17,252 nt of DNA from the NCBI RefSeq assembly GCF_004376175.1, contig NZ_SNUY01000027.1:29209-46460 (forward strand). The letters are read 5' to 3'. The notes beneath the pieces are model-generated. The model was not told the DNA's origin and made no database searches. It was given only the letters and a program-made list of their open reading frames with translations. Positions 16,604 through 17,252 of the stretch are shown in pieces (the stretch's first letter is position 1; each line of letters starts with the position of its first letter). The DNA comes from Halalkalibacterium halodurans (GTDB lineage Bacteria; Bacillota; Bacilli; Bacillales; Bacillaceae_D). The position numbers were made by a program, and so were the translations under genes.

Positions 16604-16663
16604 CTCATGATTAGCATCTGTTCGCGGTAGCCAGACGGTTAGCCCTAGATTGTTCGCTTGGCA

Positions 16664-17010
16664 TCACGATTGTTCTTCATGAACTTGAACGTAAATCGTT
16701 CCGAAATAGCGGTCCCCGAAATAAGCGTCTAATTTCCACTAACCACTTTCAGGCAATGAAAGGTTAGAAGGGATATGGGCATCTGCCCCATTGTGTGCTC
16801 CTCCTATACCATCATTCTCTCATACAATGATTTTTCGTCAGCTTGATTGCTTTCATGGGTACCAATCACCTTGAAACCACCTGTCAATTCATCAGGTTCT
16901 CCCCAAAAGTGCCAGATGTAATTATTCTCTTTATTTGGGTAAAATCTCGTCGCTTCATCATCGTCAAAAATAAAATAAATTTTTCCTGATTCATCACCAC
17001 TTTTAGTGAT
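16664..17010 (-). pseudogene. Decayed remnant of a small Bacillus-type protein gene: N-terminally truncated, with one frameshift and one in-frame TAG
   Basis: Minus-strand frame 1 (17010..16804) reads ITKSGDESGKIYFIFDDDEATRFYPNKENNYIWHFWGEPDELTGGFKVIGTHESNQADEKSLYE... and has no start codon. The continuation is in another frame (16819..16664): ENDGIGGAHNGADAHIPSNLSLPESG*WKLDAYFGDRYFGTIYVQVHEEQS, with TAG at 16741..16739. The frame switch lies in a (GA)3 run (plus 16816-16821). I tentatively associate the WHFWG-containing sequence with the DUF4871-type family but cannot verify that. Confidence 0.6.
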
Positions 17011-17252
17011 TTAAACAAAAAAGAAGAAAACACTCACAGATTCCTGGCAATAATGTTAGTGCTAACCAAACAAACCAGGAGGGTCTGAAAGTGTTTTCCG
17101 TATCACTAGAATTGCCGGAATTTAAAGTTGTTAAACAAGTATTTCATGAAGAGTTTTTCCAACTCAATGTTGTAAAAAAATCAACGGAAGAGCGTTGCCC
17201 GTATTGTGGGTTTCTTACTAATCATGTCCACGACAGACGTACACGTAAAGTA
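17011..17252 (+). mobile_element. ISL3-family insertion sequence, left-hand portion. It continues beyond the window, and its left boundary is only inferred.
   Basis: Contains the 5' end of an ISL3-type transposase gene. The reading frame of the neighbouring decayed gene stops making sense at about 17010, which suggests the IS end lies between about 17004 and 17030. I recognised no terminal inverted repeat. Confidence 0.55.
17091..17252 (+). CDS. ISL3-family transposase, N-terminal 54 aa (zinc-finger region), truncated by the window edge
   Basis: GTG start 7 nt after GGAGGG. The translation VFSVSLELPEFKVVKQVFHEEFFQLNVVKKSTEERCPYCGFLTNHVHDRRTRKV shows the N-terminal C-P-x-C-G ... H-x-x-R-x-R-K-V pattern of ISL3 (zf-ISL3) transposases. 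It is too short to appear in the ORF track. Confidence 0.8.
   Translation, partial: MFSVSLELPEFKVVKQVFHEEFFQLNVVKKSTEERCPYCGFLTNHVHDRRTRKV

Noticed and set aside
1-17252. The IS elements at both window edges might define a composite transposon or mobile island carrying the intervening 16.5 kb.
   Set aside because: The two elements belong to different families (IS3 and ISL3). The cargo is core, syntenic housekeeping DNA (leuS, murJ, tRNA modification) in the B. subtilis-like order. Nothing suggests mobility as a unit.
1-17252. A search for CRISPR arrays, defence systems, toxin-antitoxin pairs, prophage genes, and tRNA or rRNA genes.
   Set aside because: There are no regularly spaced repeats. 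No ORF has nuclease, helicase, methylase-restriction or phage signatures. No small adjacent gene pairs of TA type are present. Every sizeable ORF is accounted for by a housekeeping or IS function.

Overview
Ordinary, mostly housekeeping chromosomal DNA from a Bacillaceae-type Firmicute. All identifications rest on protein motifs and remembered synteny, because no searches could be run.

Gene content and order follow a compacted version of the Bacillus subtilis 'yt' region. Left to right:
- The 3' part of an IS3-family element.
- A minus-strand envelope cluster: an orphan 4-TM protein, a MurJ/YtgP-type flippase and a SEDS FtsW/RodA-type polymerase.
- ytfP (HI0933-family flavoprotein).
- A small unknown ORF that is frameshifted.
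- leuS with a complete Leu (CUC) T-box leader and a near-consensus sigma-A promoter.
- An MFS transporter (yttB-like).
- A frameshifted threonine aldolase.
- The translationally coupled ytqA/ytqB pair (mnmL/mnmM, tRNA mnm5s2U pathway).
- A beta-class carbonic anhydrase (ytiB-like).
- ytpB (tetraprenyl-beta-curcumene synthase) and ytpA (lysophospholipase-type hydrolase).
- ytoA (gamma-carbonic-anhydrase-like hexapeptide protein).
- A decayed gene remnant.
- The 5' end of an ISL3-family element.

I found no rRNA or tRNA genes, no CRISPR array, and no recognisable defence, toxin-antitoxin or prophage module. I found no convincing novel multi-gene system.

The observations most worth a second look are:
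- the MurJ-SEDS-orphan membrane protein cluster, with a 13-bp tandem duplication on the predicted SEDS transcription start;
- three decayed genes whose lesions sit in short repeats (true decay or assembly error);
- an extra terminator-like hairpin in the long leuS leader;
- two IS elements of different families at the window edges.
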